From: an uncultured Syntrophomonadaceae bacterium
GTDB taxonomy: Bacteria > Bacillota > Dethiobacteria > DTU022
Direction: 5' to 3'
Length of the DNA: 64,000 bases
Assembly (NCBI GenBank): GCA_964436815.1
Contig: CAYTER010000003.1
Coordinates: 14,808-78,807, forward strand
The notes under the pieces are model-generated. The model searched no databases. It worked only from the letters and a program-made list of their open reading frames with translations, and had not been told where the DNA came from. A program made the translations under genes and the position numbers. Of the stretch, positions 23,839-34,225 are shown piece by piece (within the stretch, counting starts at the first letter, position 1; each line of letters starts with the position of its first letter).

Positions 23839-24786
23839 ATGATAGAAATTGAAAAGCCGAAAATAGAACTCGAAGAGAAAGACGAACAGAATAATTACGG
23901 ACGTTTTGTCGTAGAGCCCCTGGAGAGAGGCTATGGAACAACGTTGGGTAATGCCCTGCGCCGGATCCTCCTGTCCTCACTGCCGGGTGCGGCCATAACC
24001 AATGTCAAGTTTGACGGTGCCCTGCATGAATTTTCCAATCTGCCGGGTGTGCTGGAAGATACCATTGAGATTATTCTTAATCTGAAAGCCATCTCGCTGA
24101 AAATTCACAGCGATGATCCGCAGACCCTGGTAGTAGAAACAGAGCGGGCCGGTGCAATTAAAGCCAAAGACATCAAGATTCCTTCGGATGTTGAAATTCT
24201 TAATGAAGATCAGCTCATCTGCACGCTTGAGGAAAACGGCCGCCTTTACATGGAGATGACTGCCGTTAACGGACGCGGTTATGTGCCGGCGGAGCGCAAT
24301 AAGCTGCCACAGCAGCCAATCGGCGTTATTCCTGTCGATTCCATGTTTTCACCAATCCGTAAAGTTAATTACCAGGTTGAGAATACCAGGGTTGGTCAGA
24401 AAACTGACTATGATAAACTGACTATTGAAGTCTGGACCGACGGCAGTATCAGGCCGGATGAAGCGATCAGCCTGGCAGCTAAAGTATTAAGTACCCACAT
24501 CGCCCTTTTTGTTAACCTGACTGAACAGGTTGATGATGTTGAAATCGCTTCTGATCGTCATGAAGAGGAACGAGAGCGGATCATGGACTTAACGATCGAA
24601 GAGCTTGATCTTTCGGTTCGTTCTTACAACTGCCTGAAACGGGCTGGGATTAACACTGTCGGCGAGCTGGTTCGCAAGACCGAAGACGAAATGATGAAAG
24701 TACGCAACCTGGGCAAGAAATCGCTGGAAGAAGTTGAACATAAGCTTGATGAGCTGGGTTTCAGCTTCAACAAGAGCGGAGAGTAA
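23839..24786 (+). CDS. rpoA: DNA-directed RNA polymerase alpha subunit
   Basis: 315 aa with alpha NTD and CTD (…[19 protein letters not shown]…). Confidence 0.96.
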   Translation: MIEIEKPKIELEEKDEQNNYGRFVVEPLERGYGTTLGNALRRILLSSLPGAAITNVKFDGALHEFSNLPGVLEDTIEIILNLKAISLKIHSDDPQTLVVETERAGAIKAKDIKIPSDVEILNEDQLICTLEENGRLYMEMTAVNGRGYVPAERNKLPQQPIGVIPVDSMFSPIRKVNYQVENTRVGQKTDYDKLTIEVWTDGSIRPDEAISLAAKVLSTHIALFVNLTEQVDDVEIASDRHEEERERIMDLTIEELDLSVRSYNCLKRAGINTVGELVRKTEDEMMKVRNLGKKSLEEVEHKLDELGFSFNKSGE

Positions 24787-24808
24787 GCCTGCAAGGAGGA
24801 TAATAAGC

Positions 24809-25153
24809 ATGCCATACCAGAAGCTGAGTCGAAAAAGCGGCCCCAGGCGAGCCCTGTTGCGCGGCCTGGTTACTTCATTTTTAAAAGCGGGTAAGATCGA
24901 GACTACAGCAGCAAGAGCTGCGGCAATCCGTCCGATTGCCGAAAAGATGGTCACTCTGGCTAAAAGAGGCGATCTGCACTCCCGCCGCCAGGCCTTAGCT
25001 TACCTGCTGGACGAAGATGTAGTTACCAAGCTTTTTGAAAAGATCGGCCCCAAGCTGGAAGCACGTGAAGGCGGTTATACCCGCACCGTGCCGATCGGGC
25101 CCCGCAGGGGCGATAGCGCCCCGATGGTAATCCTGGAACTGCTGTCAGAATAA
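24809..25153 (+). CDS. rplQ: 50S ribosomal protein L17
   Basis: A conserved [18 protein letters not shown] start at ATG 24809 with CAAGGAGGA 8 nt upstream. The upstream ORF extension is not supported. Confidence 0.94.
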   Translation: MPYQKLSRKSGPRRALLRGLVTSFLKAGKIETTAARAAAIRPIAEKMVTLAKRGDLHSRRQALAYLLDEDVVTKLFEKIGPKLEAREGGYTRTVPIGPRRGDSAPMVILELLSE

Positions 25154-25155
25154 AA

Positions 25156-26004
25156 ATGGCAGTTGCAAAACCTGAAATTATTATTCAAGCAAGAAAGCTT
25201 GGTTACAGTTATGCAGGAGAGGATGGAATTCGCTCTCCTGCCCTGACCGGTGTCGATCTTGAGATAGGTAAAGGTGAATACCTTGCTCTTCTCGGACCAA
25301 ACGGCTCCGGAAAAACGACATTGCTGAAACTCTTTAATGCCCTGCTAATTCCCTCACAAGGAGAGGTTTTGGTTAAGGGCATTTCCACCTTTGAAACAGA
25401 TTTACTTGATCAGGTCCGTCAAACCTGCGGGATGATTTTTCAAAACCCCGACAATCAGATCGTCGCAACTACCGTTGAAGAGGATATCGCCTTCGGGTTG
25501 GAAAACCTTGCTTTACCGACAGCCGAGATCCGTTTACGGGTGGATCAGGTCGCGGAAAGGCTCGGTCTTTCTGCATTGCTGCAGCATCCACCGCATCTGT
25601 TATCTGGTGGAGAAAAACAGAGAACTGCAATTGCCGGGATTTTAGCCATGCACCCGGACTGTATCCTGATGGATGAGCCGACGGCAATGCTCGATCCGGC
25701 CGGCCGGCGGGATGTGCTGAATACTGTGCGTGATCTGAATCAGAGAGAATCAATTGCCGTGGTTCACGTAACCCACAGCCCTGAAGAAGCGGCGTTGGCC
25801 GATCGGGTCGTTGTCCTTGAGAGAGGCAGGATTGTTGCTGACGGAAAGCCGGAAAAGATATTAACTGATCTTAATGCGCTGCATAAACTTGGCCTGCAGG
25901 GGACGGTTGCAGCCGAACTGGCGCAACTGCTGAGGCAGGACGGTTTTGATTTGCCGCCAAATATCCTAAGTAACCGGGAGTTGGTAGAGAATCTGTGTTT
26001 ATAG
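25156..26004 (+). CDS. ecfA1: Energy-coupling factor transporter ATPase EcfA1
   Basis: Walker A GPNGSGKTT, the LSGGEKQR signature, Walker B and H-loop. Confidence 0.9.
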   Translation: MAVAKPEIIIQARKLGYSYAGEDGIRSPALTGVDLEIGKGEYLALLGPNGSGKTTLLKLFNALLIPSQGEVLVKGISTFETDLLDQVRQTCGMIFQNPDNQIVATTVEEDIAFGLENLALPTAEIRLRVDQVAERLGLSALLQHPPHLLSGGEKQRTAIAGILAMHPDCILMDEPTAMLDPAGRRDVLNTVRDLNQRESIAVVHVTHSPEEAALADRVVVLERGRIVADGKPEKILTDLNALHKLGLQGTVAAELAQLLRQDGFDLPPNILSNRELVENLCL

Positions 26005-26855
26005 GAACAGATAAAGTATCCCATATCTATATGCCGGGAACCCCTTTTGCCGCCGAAGCACTCAGCGAGGTTTCTTTTAAACTGGAAAAGGGTAGCTTTA
26101 CCCTGCTAATCGGTCCCAGTGGATCGGGAAAAACCACACTCATTCAGCATCTAAATGGCCTGCTTAAGCCAACGGATGGAGAAGTTTATTTTGAAGATCG
26201 GCGGATCGGAGCTGAAAAAAATTCGCTGTTAGCTTTAAGGAGAAGGGTCGGCCTTGTCTTCCAGATGCCTGAAGACCAGTTTTTTTCTGAAACTGTATAC
26301 GATGAAGTAGCTTTTGCTCCCCGTAACCTCGGCTGTAATGAAGTGGAAGTCGAGTTGAGAGTATCGAAAGCCATGGCCAGGGTTGGTCTGTCAGAGGCAG
26401 ATTTGCTGAAAAGGCATCCTTTCCAGCTCAGCGCCGGACAGAAGAGGTTAATCGCATTCGCCGCAGTTCTTGCTATTGAACCCGAAGTGCTTATTTTAGA
26501 TGAGCCGGCAGCGGGGCTCGATCCGCAGGGAAAACAAAAACTTTTTACCCTGCTGGCCAGGCTGAACTGTGAAGAAAATTTGACAATCCTGGTTTCTACT
26601 CACCACTTAGACGAGATTGCCGCACTTGCCGATCATGTGCTGGTTTTAAACCGCGGCAGGCAGGTGATGTTCGGCACAACAGATCAGGTGCTGGCCAGGC
26701 GGGATGAATTAAATGCGCTTGGTTTGGCTTTACCTCAGGTTACAGAAATCATGATCGAACTGGCAGCCAGAGGCCTGCCGGTTAGCTGCAGCTGTTACTC
26801 GCTCCGGGAAGCGAGGGATGAGCTTATAAAACTGAAAAGGTCTGATCCAAGATGA
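25995..26855 (+). CDS. ecfA2: Energy-coupling factor transporter ATPase EcfA2
   Basis: GTG start that overlaps the ecfA1 stop. Walker A GPSGSGKTT and the LSAGQKRL signature. Confidence 0.9.
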   Translation: MFIGTDKVSHIYMPGTPFAAEALSEVSFKLEKGSFTLLIGPSGSGKTTLIQHLNGLLKPTDGEVYFEDRRIGAEKNSLLALRRRVGLVFQMPEDQFFSETVYDEVAFAPRNLGCNEVEVELRVSKAMARVGLSEADLLKRHPFQLSAGQKRLIAFAAVLAIEPEVLILDEPAAGLDPQGKQKLFTLLARLNCEENLTILVSTHHLDEIAALADHVLVLNRGRQVMFGTTDQVLARRDELNALGLALPQVTEIMIELAARGLPVSCSCYSLREARDELIKLKRSDPR

Positions 26856-27655
26856 GCCGGAGCATAACCCTCGGCCACTACTTGCCGGGAGACTCGTTTA
26901 TCCATAATCTTAATCCGCGGATTAAGGTTCCGGTGCTGATCATTTTACTGGCCATATTGTTTCTGTTCGAATCGTTTAGCGGCCTCCTGGGAATTCTGGC
27001 ATTTGCGCTGCTAATGATCATTTTGGCGCGGGTCCCTCTGAGTTATTTTGTCAGAGGCCTAAGACCAATTCTTTATATTGCCCTTTTTGCCCTGATCATC
27101 TTCCTCTTTTTTACCAAGGGCGGGGTAGTTCTTTTCAGATTAGGGCCAGTGACCATTGAGTCCGATGGTCTATGGGAAGGTCTTTTTGTCATAACCCGCC
27201 TGGTTACCCTGGTTCTGTTTTCGCTCTTGTTGACTCTGACCACCACCCCACTATCCCTGACCCACGGGCTGGGCTATTTTTTAAAACCTTTCAGCCGCTT
27301 AGGTCTGCCAACGGAAGAAGTTGTGATGATCATGGCCATTGCCCTGCGTTTCATACCGACATTGATTGAAGAAAGCCAACGGTTAATGCGGGCGCAGGTT
27401 TCCAGGGGAGCTGATTTTGAAACAGGTTCTGTTTTTCGCAAGGCTAAAAATATGGTGCCGCTGATTGTCCCGTTATTCGTAAGTGCTTTCAGAAGAGCAG
27501 ACGAGCTGGCACTGGCTATGGAAGCTCGCGGTTACAGGCTTGGTGCCAGACGTACCAGGCTGAAAGATGATCATATTAATACCCGGGACTGGCTTGTTCT
27601 GGTTATTGTCCTGTTAAGCCTGGTTGTGGTTTTATATTTTAAATATATTAGGTGA
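26852..27655 (+). CDS. ecfT: Energy-coupling factor transporter transmembrane subunit EcfT
   Basis: Polytopic membrane protein that overlaps the ecfA2 stop. CbiQ/EcfT family. Confidence 0.88.
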   Translation: MSRSITLGHYLPGDSFIHNLNPRIKVPVLIILLAILFLFESFSGLLGILAFALLMIILARVPLSYFVRGLRPILYIALFALIIFLFFTKGGVVLFRLGPVTIESDGLWEGLFVITRLVTLVLFSLLLTLTTTPLSLTHGLGYFLKPFSRLGLPTEEVVMIMAIALRFIPTLIEESQRLMRAQVSRGADFETGSVFRKAKNMVPLIVPLFVSAFRRADELALAMEARGYRLGARRTRLKDDHINTRDWLVLVIVLLSLVVVLYFKYIR

Positions 27656-27665
27656 GGCAGCAGTC

Positions 27666-28412
27666 ATGCAAAACATCATGATCCGGATCAGTTACGATGG
27701 AACCGGCTACAGCGGATTTCAAATCCAGGCCAATGCACGAACGATCCAGGAAGAAATTGAAAAAGCCCTGGCTGTGATCTACAAACAGCCGGTCAGGATA
27801 GCCGGTGCAGGTAGAACGGATGCCGGCGTCCATGCCCGCGGTCAGGCGGCCAACTACCTGGCGCCATTTAAGATTGAGACTGACAAACTGCCTCTGGCGC
27901 TTAACTCTCTCTTGCCCGAGGCGATTGTAGTCACCGGTGCCAGAGAAGTAGCCAAAGCTTTTCATGCCCGTTTTGATGCAGATGGTAAAATATACAGTTA
28001 CACGATCGATTTGGCTCAATACCCACAGGTTCTAAAACGCCTCTATAGCTGGCATCTACCTGATCCCCTGGATCTAGAGGCCCTGGCCGAAGCAGCGAAA
28101 AAGTTTGAAGGTGAACATGATTTTGCTCCTTTTCGGGCTGCCGGAAGCCCAATAACCGATACAACCCGTGTCCTCAGGCGGGTTCAGCCTGTTTATTTGC
28201 CGGAAGAAAGATTACTGACGATCTTTTTTGAAGGCAGCGGCTTCCTTTATCGCATGGCTCGGCTGATTACCGGCACCCTGGTCAGGGTTGGGAAGAAGGA
28301 GCTGGAGATTAGGCGGGCAGAGTTAGCGCTAAAAGGACTTGATCAGGCAGCAGTCGGACCGACTGCTCCAGCCCGGGGTTTATGCCTCGAAGGGGTTATT
28401 TATAATCAATAG
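27666..28412 (+). CDS. truA: tRNA pseudouridine(38-40) synthase TruA
   Basis: MQNIMIRISYDGTGYSGFQIQ… with catalytic Asp in RTDAGVHA. Start at ATG 27666 with AGGTGAGG RBS. Confidence 0.92.
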   Translation: MQNIMIRISYDGTGYSGFQIQANARTIQEEIEKALAVIYKQPVRIAGAGRTDAGVHARGQAANYLAPFKIETDKLPLALNSLLPEAIVVTGAREVAKAFHARFDADGKIYSYTIDLAQYPQVLKRLYSWHLPDPLDLEALAEAAKKFEGEHDFAPFRAAGSPITDTTRVLRRVQPVYLPEERLLTIFFEGSGFLYRMARLITGTLVRVGKKELEIRRAELALKGLDQAAVGPTAPARGLCLEGVIYNQ

Positions 28413-28467
28413 CAATTTTTGAAGATATTTAACAGATCCGATCAGCAAAAAAAGGCGTACCCCAGCC

Positions 28468-28496
28468 TTGACAGGGCTGGTTCGGTATATTAGAAT
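28468..28496 (+). promoter_or_regulatory. Sigma-A type promoter TTGACA-17-TAGAAT for rplM-rpsI
   Basis: TTGACA at 28468-28473, a 17-nt spacer, TAGAAT at 28491-28496, about 45 nt before rplM. A short hairpin ccagcc/ggctgg overlaps the -35. Confidence 0.55.
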
Positions 28497-28540
28497 GTAG
28501 GTTGTGGCTTTATCGGATGAGATTAAAGGAGAGGGTATAA

Positions 28541-29011
28541 ATGCGGACTACATACATGGCTAAACCCCATGAAATAAAACGCCGCTGGTATATAATTGAT
28601 GCCGCGGGACACCCATTGGGCAGGATTGCAACAGAAGCTGCCCGATTATTAAGGGGAAAACACAAACCGGAATTTACTCCCCATTTGGATACCGGCGATC
28701 ATGTTGTTATTCTGAATGCCGGTCAGGTCGTATTAACGGGGCGTAAGCTGGAGCAAAAATTTTATTACAGGCATTCCGGTTATCCTGGCGGTTTGAAAAA
28801 GGTCGATTATGCCACACTGATGGATAAAAAACCCGAACAGGCTGTTTATATGGCTGTACGCGGGATGCTGCCCCATAATAAACTGGGGCGGGCGATGCTT
28901 AAAAAGCTTCGTGTATATAGAGACGACCAGCACTCGCACCAGGCTCAGAACCCTCAAACCTGGGAAGGCAAAGTGACTGATGTTCAGACGGAAGGAGGTC
29001 CTGACTCTTGA
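28541..29011 (+). CDS. rplM: 50S ribosomal protein L13
   Basis: [21 protein letters not shown]… L13 signature. Confidence 0.95.
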   Translation: MRTTYMAKPHEIKRRWYIIDAAGHPLGRIATEAARLLRGKHKPEFTPHLDTGDHVVILNAGQVVLTGRKLEQKFYYRHSGYPGGLKKVDYATLMDKKPEQAVYMAVRGMLPHNKLGRAMLKKLRVYRDDQHSHQAQNPQTWEGKVTDVQTEGGPDS

Positions 29012-29400
29012 GTGAAGTACAATACTTAGGCACAGGACGCCGCAAGGAATCGGTAGCAAGGGTTCGCCTGTTACCAGGCAGCGGTCGTATTGTGATTAAC
29101 GGCAAAGAGATGGATCAGTATTTTGGCCTCGAAACCCTTAAGCTTATTGTCAGGCAACCCCTGGTTACCACTGAAACCGATGGCCGTTTTGATGTAATTG
29201 CCAAGGTTGAGGGCGGAGGATTCTCCGGCCAGGCCGGAGCTATCAGGCACGGTATAGCCCGCGCTTTGTTGCAGGCTGACGGCGAATACAGGCCGGCTCT
29301 TAAAAAGAATGGCTACTTAACCCGCGATCCGCGGATGAAAGAAAGAAAGAAATACGGCTTGAAGAAAGCCCGCCGCGCACCTCAGTTTTCCAAGCGGTAA
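29008..29400 (+). CDS. rpsI: 30S ribosomal protein S9
   Basis: TTG start with GAAGGAGG RBS. The C-terminal …[12 protein letters not shown] is canonical S9. Confidence 0.95.
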   Translation: MSEVQYLGTGRRKESVARVRLLPGSGRIVINGKEMDQYFGLETLKLIVRQPLVTTETDGRFDVIAKVEGGGFSGQAGAIRHGIARALLQADGEYRPALKKNGYLTRDPRMKERKKYGLKKARRAPQFSKR

Positions 29401-29425
29401 TTTCCTGAAAATTATTTTGTGTTCG

Positions 29426-29469
29426 AACCCGCTTCAGGGATAGGTTAACTAATCGTGAAGCGGGTTTTT
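29426..29469 (+). terminator. Rho-independent terminator after rpsI
   Basis: An 11-bp stem AACCCGCTTCA…TGAAGCGGGTT followed by TTTTT. Confidence 0.8.
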
Positions 29470-29535
29470 CGTACTTATGACACCAGTAAGCTATGTTCAT
29501 GATTATTGGCAGAGTTCTCAGGAGTGGATTTAGTG

Positions 29536-30408
29536 ATGAAAGAAATCAGACCGGGAATCTGGTTCGTCGAGGGGGAAAATCGCGGGCGCTACCCATATGC
29601 CCATTCCCTGTTTATAGAAGGGGAGGAGAGTCTGCTGATTGATACCGGAGTTGGTCCGGCGCTCGAAGCCCTGGCGCCGAAGACCAGGCAGGTGGTTTTG
29701 AGCCATTTTCACCGTGATCATGTTGCCCGCAACCATATTTTTGCGGATGCCCGGTTTGCCATGCATCGGGCTGATGCCCCCGGGGTCGAAACAGCCGAAG
29801 GTTTTTACAGCCTGAGCGGTTTGAATCAATTTAATATTGAAGCCTATTGGAAGATCGTAAATCAGATTAAATTTAAGCCAACCAAAATTGATCGTTACCT
29901 TGAAGAGGGCGACTTGCTCGATACCGGTCAAATCACCGTTAAGATATTACACCTGCCCGGGCATACTCCCGGTCATTGTGGTTACCTGGTTGAAAAATAC
30001 GGCTTCATTTTTGCCACCGACATTGACTTAACCGATTTTGGTCCCTGGTATGGCAATCCCGGTTCTGATCCCGGGCAGTTTAGGAGTTCAATCCAAAAGA
30101 TTCGGGCTTTAAAACCGGAGATGATCGCTACCGGTCACAGCACCCCGACGATAAAAGAGATTGACCGGAAACTGGCGAGATACGAAGAATTCCTGGATCG
30201 GCGTGATCAGAAAATCATGGGAGCCCTGAAAGCGAAGCCGCTGACCCTGGCAGAGCTGACCGATAAGAAGTATATATACAGAAGGCATTTCGGGCAGGAA
30301 GTCCTGCGCTATTTTGAAGAACAGATGGTCCTCAAGCACTTAAATAACCTGGTTGCGCAGGGGCTGGTTGTTAACCCGGCAGAAAACCTCTATGCCCTTA
30401 GAACATAG
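29536..30408 (+). CDS. MBL-fold metallo-hydrolase
   Basis: HFHRDH (HxHxDH) motif. About 290 aa. Start at ATG 29536 with AGGAGTGG RBS; GTG 29533 and TTG 29506 are alternatives. Confidence 0.8.
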   Translation: MKEIRPGIWFVEGENRGRYPYAHSLFIEGEESLLIDTGVGPALEALAPKTRQVVLSHFHRDHVARNHIFADARFAMHRADAPGVETAEGFYSLSGLNQFNIEAYWKIVNQIKFKPTKIDRYLEEGDLLDTGQITVKILHLPGHTPGHCGYLVEKYGFIFATDIDLTDFGPWYGNPGSDPGQFRSSIQKIRALKPEMIATGHSTPTIKEIDRKLARYEEFLDRRDQKIMGALKAKPLTLAELTDKKYIYRRHFGQEVLRYFEEQMVLKHLNNLVAQGLVVNPAENLYALRT

Positions 30409-30433
30409 GCTTAATACAGCACTGGCGGGCAAG

Positions 30434-30462
30434 TTGTCAAACGCGGAAAACTAAATTATAAT
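30434..30462 (+). promoter_or_regulatory. Promoter TTGTCA-17-TATAAT upstream of the pcrB-like gene
   Basis: TTGTCA at 30434-30439, a 17-nt spacer, TATAAT at 30457-30462. A roughly 100-nt leader contains an AACAG…CTGTT hairpin. Confidence 0.5.
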
Positions 30463-30568
30463 AGCCTTAGTTATCAGTAATAAAACAGGAGGAGAAACTG
30501 TTTCCTGAAGAACTTGCCGATAATATTTTATGCAGTTAATGTCTTGGCGATAAGAGAAGGTAGTAACC

Positions 30569-31303
30569 ATGAAAATTAAATCATACCTGGATCAGAAATT
30601 AAATGAAGGAGCAGTTCATGTCACTCTTATTGATCCGGCTCGTCAGGCCCCCGAAGCAGCCGGTAGATTAGCCGAAACAGCCCAGGAAGTGGGCAGTGAC
30701 CTGATTTTTGTCGGTGGCTCTTCCGGGGTTAACCAGAACACGCTATCGGAAACAGCTGAATTTGTTAAGCAGAGATCCTCTTTGCCGGTAATCTTTTTCC
30801 CGACAGGAAGCGACTCGATCAGTTTAAACCTCGATGCTTTTTTATTCCTCAGCCTTCTAAACTCGCGCAATTCGAAGTTTATCAGCGGGACACAGGCCAA
30901 AGTGGCGCCGGTTTTAAAAAGACTTGACGTTGAAGTTCTCTCGGTCGGCTTTATCCTTGTTGAACCGGGGATGAAACTGGGTGAAATCGGTGAGGCTGAT
31001 TTGGTGGCCCGCGATAATTTCTGGCAGGCAATCGGTTATGCCCTTACTGCCCAGTATATGGGGATGTCCTATGTCTACCTGGAAGCAGGTAACGGAGCTG
31101 CGCAACCGGTTCCGGCCGGGATGATCCGGGCTGTCAAAAGAGAGATTAACGTACCTTTGATCGTTGGCGGTGGAATCCGTACCGCCATAGATGCCCGTCG
31201 TGTCAGACAGGCTGGCGCCGATATCGTAGTTACCGGAACGGTTATCGAAACTGCCGGTTACCGCGAACGCTTGCGTTCGATCCTCAGCGCGCTCAAAGAC
31301 TAG
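30569..31303 (+). CDS. pcrB: (Hepta/geranylgeranyl)prenylglyceryl phosphate synthase, PcrB/GGGPS family TIM barrel
   Basis: 244 aa with FVGGSSGV and LIVGGGIRT glycerol-phosphate binding motifs typical of PcrB/GGGPS. Confidence 0.8.
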   Translation: MKIKSYLDQKLNEGAVHVTLIDPARQAPEAAGRLAETAQEVGSDLIFVGGSSGVNQNTLSETAEFVKQRSSLPVIFFPTGSDSISLNLDAFLFLSLLNSRNSKFISGTQAKVAPVLKRLDVEVLSVGFILVEPGMKLGEIGEADLVARDNFWQAIGYALTAQYMGMSYVYLEAGNGAAQPVPAGMIRAVKREINVPLIVGGGIRTAIDARRVRQAGADIVVTGTVIETAGYRERLRSILSALKD

Positions 31304-32217
31304 TGCCTGGCACATTCTCCCCCGCGCCCGCTTACCGTTTCCAGGGCATGATCAATAACCGGGGTTAATACTGCCAGGCATTCAGCTACCGCTTTCGGAC
31401 TACCCGGTAAATTGACGATCAAGGTTTTAGCGCTGATCCCGGCGACCCCCCGGGATAACATCGCCTTCGGGGTCGCTGCCGCAGTTTCCCGGCGTATAGC
31501 CTCGGCTATACCGGGCACCAGGCGATCGACCACCTCTAATGTCGCTTCAGGAGTAACATCACGGGGGCTCATACCGGTGCCGCCAGTTGTAAATACAGCA
31601 TCCAGTTCCTTTTGGACCATGGCTCTCATGGTCGTAGCCAGTTGATTCTTTTCATCGGGAACAATAACGGATTCAACCACATCACCCCATGGTAGCAGGA
31701 TTTCTGCGATTGCCGGACCGCTTAAATCTTCACGCTCACCGCAAGATCCCTTATCACTGGCAGTGATTACGCCGAAGCGGTAAGCAGGTCGGATTTCAAG
31801 CGGGTCGCCAACCTTGACCTTTCCCTCAAGCAATACTTCAGCAAAAATGCCCTCACGCGGCATCACACAATCGCCGGCCTGGTAATAGATTGCACAGCGG
31901 TTGTGGCATTCCTTGCCGATTTGAGTCACCCGTAAAATTGCTTTATTGCCGGCCTGCAGCCGGGTACCTACCGGCAGGCTGACGAGGTCGATACCCCTGG
32001 TGGTCAGGTTTTCAGCAAAATCACCCGGCCCAACATCCAGTCCCTTTTCGATCATCTTTGCAATGCTCTCTTCAGCCAATAGACTGACCTGACGATGGGC
32101 GAAACCGGCATGGGCATCGTTTTCGAGCCCTAAATTCTTTAAAAGCAGCGCTTCGCCTACGTTAGATTTGCGTTCGCCTTTTTTGGCACTGGTGCAAACT
32201 GCGATTATTTCAGCCAT
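31300..32217 (-). CDS. mogA: MOSC domain fused to MogA/MoaB-type molybdopterin adenylyltransferase domain
   Basis: The N-terminal half resembles the MOSC beta-barrel with a conserved Cys (…KECHNRCAIY). The C-terminal half has MogA motifs (GVITASDKGS…TTGGTGMSPRD). Its stop overlaps the pcrB stop (CTAG). Confidence 0.8.
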   Translation of the reverse strand: MAEIIAVCTSAKKGERKSNVGEALLLKNLGLENDAHAGFAHRQVSLLAEESIAKMIEKGLDVGPGDFAENLTTRGIDLVSLPVGTRLQAGNKAILRVTQIGKECHNRCAIYYQAGDCVMPREGIFAEVLLEGKVKVGDPLEIRPAYRFGVITASDKGSCGEREDLSGPAIAEILLPWGDVVESVIVPDEKNQLATTMRAMVQKELDAVFTTGGTGMSPRDVTPEATLEVVDRLVPGIAEAIRRETAAATPKAMLSRGVAGISAKTLIVNLPGSPKAVAECLAVLTPVIDHALETVSGRGGECARH

Positions 32218-33215
32218 TAGATCTGCTCCCGGCGGTAGTGCCCTGAGCGTCCTCCCTTCTTCTCCAGCAACCGTATATTGCCGATAATCATCTTTTTATC
32301 AACTGCTTTGCACATATCGTAAATGGTTAAAGCGGCAACGCTTACTCCGGTCAGCGCTTCCATTTCCACCCCGGTCTGACCGGTTAATTTAACCCGGACC
32401 CCAATCTCAATTTTGGGTTCGGGCTGGTCGATTAGATTAAAATCAACCTCGACCCCGGAAATACCGAGTGGATGAGCCATCGGGATCAGGCGTCCGGTTT
32501 CTTTAACTGCCTGCACAGCCGCTACCTGGGCTACAGCCAGAACATCCCCTTTGGCCATTTGACCGGATCTGATCTTTTGTAGAGTCCCGGCAGTCATCAA
32601 AATTTCACCGCGGGCATAGGCTTCGCGCAAGCTCATTTCTTTCGCCGAAACATCAACCATTCGAGGCCTGCCGGATTGATCAAAGTGAGTTAATTCATTG
32701 TTATGCATGTTATTTCCCCTCCTGTCCGGAAAGAAAAGGCTAATTATTAAGTCAGCCTGGGCTTGTGGGTCGTTTAAGTCAATGATAGGCAGTTCAGACG
32801 GGATATTTTTAAGATCGCTGAATAGCGCCACGGTATTCTCCGGCAAAAGCGGCTGCGTGCTAATCGCACTGCGGACTATTTCAATCTTAGGATTAGCGCT
32901 TTTTTTATGACCCTCGATGACAATCAGGTCCAAGTCGCGAAGCAGACCGGCGGCCTGATCAACCCCGCTGGCCAGTTCAGATTTACCATGCAGCAGAAAT
33001 CCGTTGGGAGTAGTAAAGCCGGCTACTTCGGCACCTGCCTGGGCATAACGCCAGCTGTCCTTACCGGGCAGGTCGAGATCATGATGATGCAGGTTTCCCT
33101 TAAGGGCGGCAACCCGCAGTCCTCTTAGTTTTAGTTCGGGCAGCAGTTTTTCAATCACCGTGGTCTTACCGGTGTCTGATTGAGCGGCCACCAAATTTAT
33201 AACCACCGGGGTCAT
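32217..33215 (-). CDS. moaC: MobB (MGD synthesis GTP-binding protein) fused to MoaC (cyclic pyranopterin monophosphate synthase)
   Basis: The N-terminus has a P-loop SDTGKTT (MobB). The C-terminal ~160 aa match MoaC (…GRPRMVDVSAK…MAHPLGISGVEVDF…ALTIYDMCKA). Confidence 0.82.
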   Translation of the reverse strand: MTPVVINLVAAQSDTGKTTVIEKLLPELKLRGLRVAALKGNLHHHDLDLPGKDSWRYAQAGAEVAGFTTPNGFLLHGKSELASGVDQAAGLLRDLDLIVIEGHKKSANPKIEIVRSAISTQPLLPENTVALFSDLKNIPSELPIIDLNDPQAQADLIISLFFPDRRGNNMHNNELTHFDQSGRPRMVDVSAKEMSLREAYARGEILMTAGTLQKIRSGQMAKGDVLAVAQVAAVQAVKETGRLIPMAHPLGISGVEVDFNLIDQPEPKIEIGVRVKLTGQTGVEMEALTGVSVAALTIYDMCKAVDKKMIIGNIRLLEKKGGRSGHYRREQI

Positions 33216-33219
33216 CTGA

Positions 33220-34215
33220 TTAACCTCCCGTTTTGGACATAGTGCGCATGGCGCCCGGCTTAATGGATCCGCAGGAACCGTCGGCAGCCATCTGATGTTC
33301 GACCGGCTTACCGCTCAAAACCGTTTTGATCAACTCTTTTAAGGCATCGTGGTCGTTGATGACCGGTTTAACCGAATACTCGTCCTGCCAATATAGGCAG
33401 GCTTTCAGGTTACCCTCCGCAGTCAGACGCAGCCGGTTGCATTTATCACAGAAATGCCTGCTAATCGGGTGAATCAGGCCGATGGTTCCTCTGCCGCCTT
33501 TGATCGTATAAGATTCAGCCGGTCCGGCTCCACCGGGAAGCGGAGCGGGAGATAACGGCAATCCGGCATTTAATGCGGTTTCTTCGACAAAAGTGAGGGG
33601 CAGGTAATGGTCAAGGTATTTCTGATCGTGATCGCCAATCGGCATGTATTCAATAAAGCGGACATGCAGCGGTTTTTCTAAGGTCAGCCTGATAAAATCC
33701 ATCACTTCGTTGTCATTTATACCTTTCATCAGGACGATATTGATCTTAACCGGGTGCAATCCAAGGGCGAGAGCTGCTTCAATTCCGGCTAAAACCTGTT
33801 CCAGCTCACCGCAGCGGGTGGTTTGGCGATATACTTCAGGTTTTAAACTGTCCAGGCTGATATTGACGCGATCCAGGCCGGCTTCTTTTAGGGCAGCTGC
33901 CTGCTGAGGCAGTAGAATGCCATTCGTGGTCAGAGCCAGGTCCTTGATTCCGGGGATAGCTTTAATTTTGTCAACCAGGTCGGCTAAATTTTTACGGACT
34001 AAGGGTTCGCCACCGGTCAGGCGTATTTTTGAGATACCGAGCTCCGCTCCTGCCCGGACCACAGCGGTGATTTCCTCATAGCTGAGAATATCCCGATGTG
34101 ATACCTGGGCGATGCCGTCCTCTCCCATGCAGTAAAGACAACGCAGGTTACAGCGGTCAGTAACCGATATCCTTAAATAATCGTGAGTTCTTCCGTGTTG
34201 ATCGATAAGTGTCAT
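33220..34215 (-). CDS. moaA: GTP 3',8-cyclase MoaA (radical SAM)
   Basis: CNLRCLYC radical-SAM motif, plus the C-terminal Cys cluster CDKCNRLRLTAEGNLKAC. Confidence 0.92.
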   Translation of the reverse strand: MTLIDQHGRTHDYLRISVTDRCNLRCLYCMGEDGIAQVSHRDILSYEEITAVVRAGAELGISKIRLTGGEPLVRKNLADLVDKIKAIPGIKDLALTTNGILLPQQAAALKEAGLDRVNISLDSLKPEVYRQTTRCGELEQVLAGIEAALALGLHPVKINIVLMKGINDNEVMDFIRLTLEKPLHVRFIEYMPIGDHDQKYLDHYLPLTFVEETALNAGLPLSPAPLPGGAGPAESYTIKGGRGTIGLIHPISRHFCDKCNRLRLTAEGNLKACLYWQDEYSVKPVINDHDALKELIKTVLSGKPVEHQMAADGSCGSIKPGAMRTMSKTGG

Positions 34216-34225
34216 CGCGGTCTCC

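Noticed and set aside
31271-31295. tRNA-like T-arm motif GTTCGATCC
   Set aside because: It lies inside coding sequence on both strands (pcrB 3' end and mogA fusion 3' end). No acceptor or anticodon stems could be built around it.
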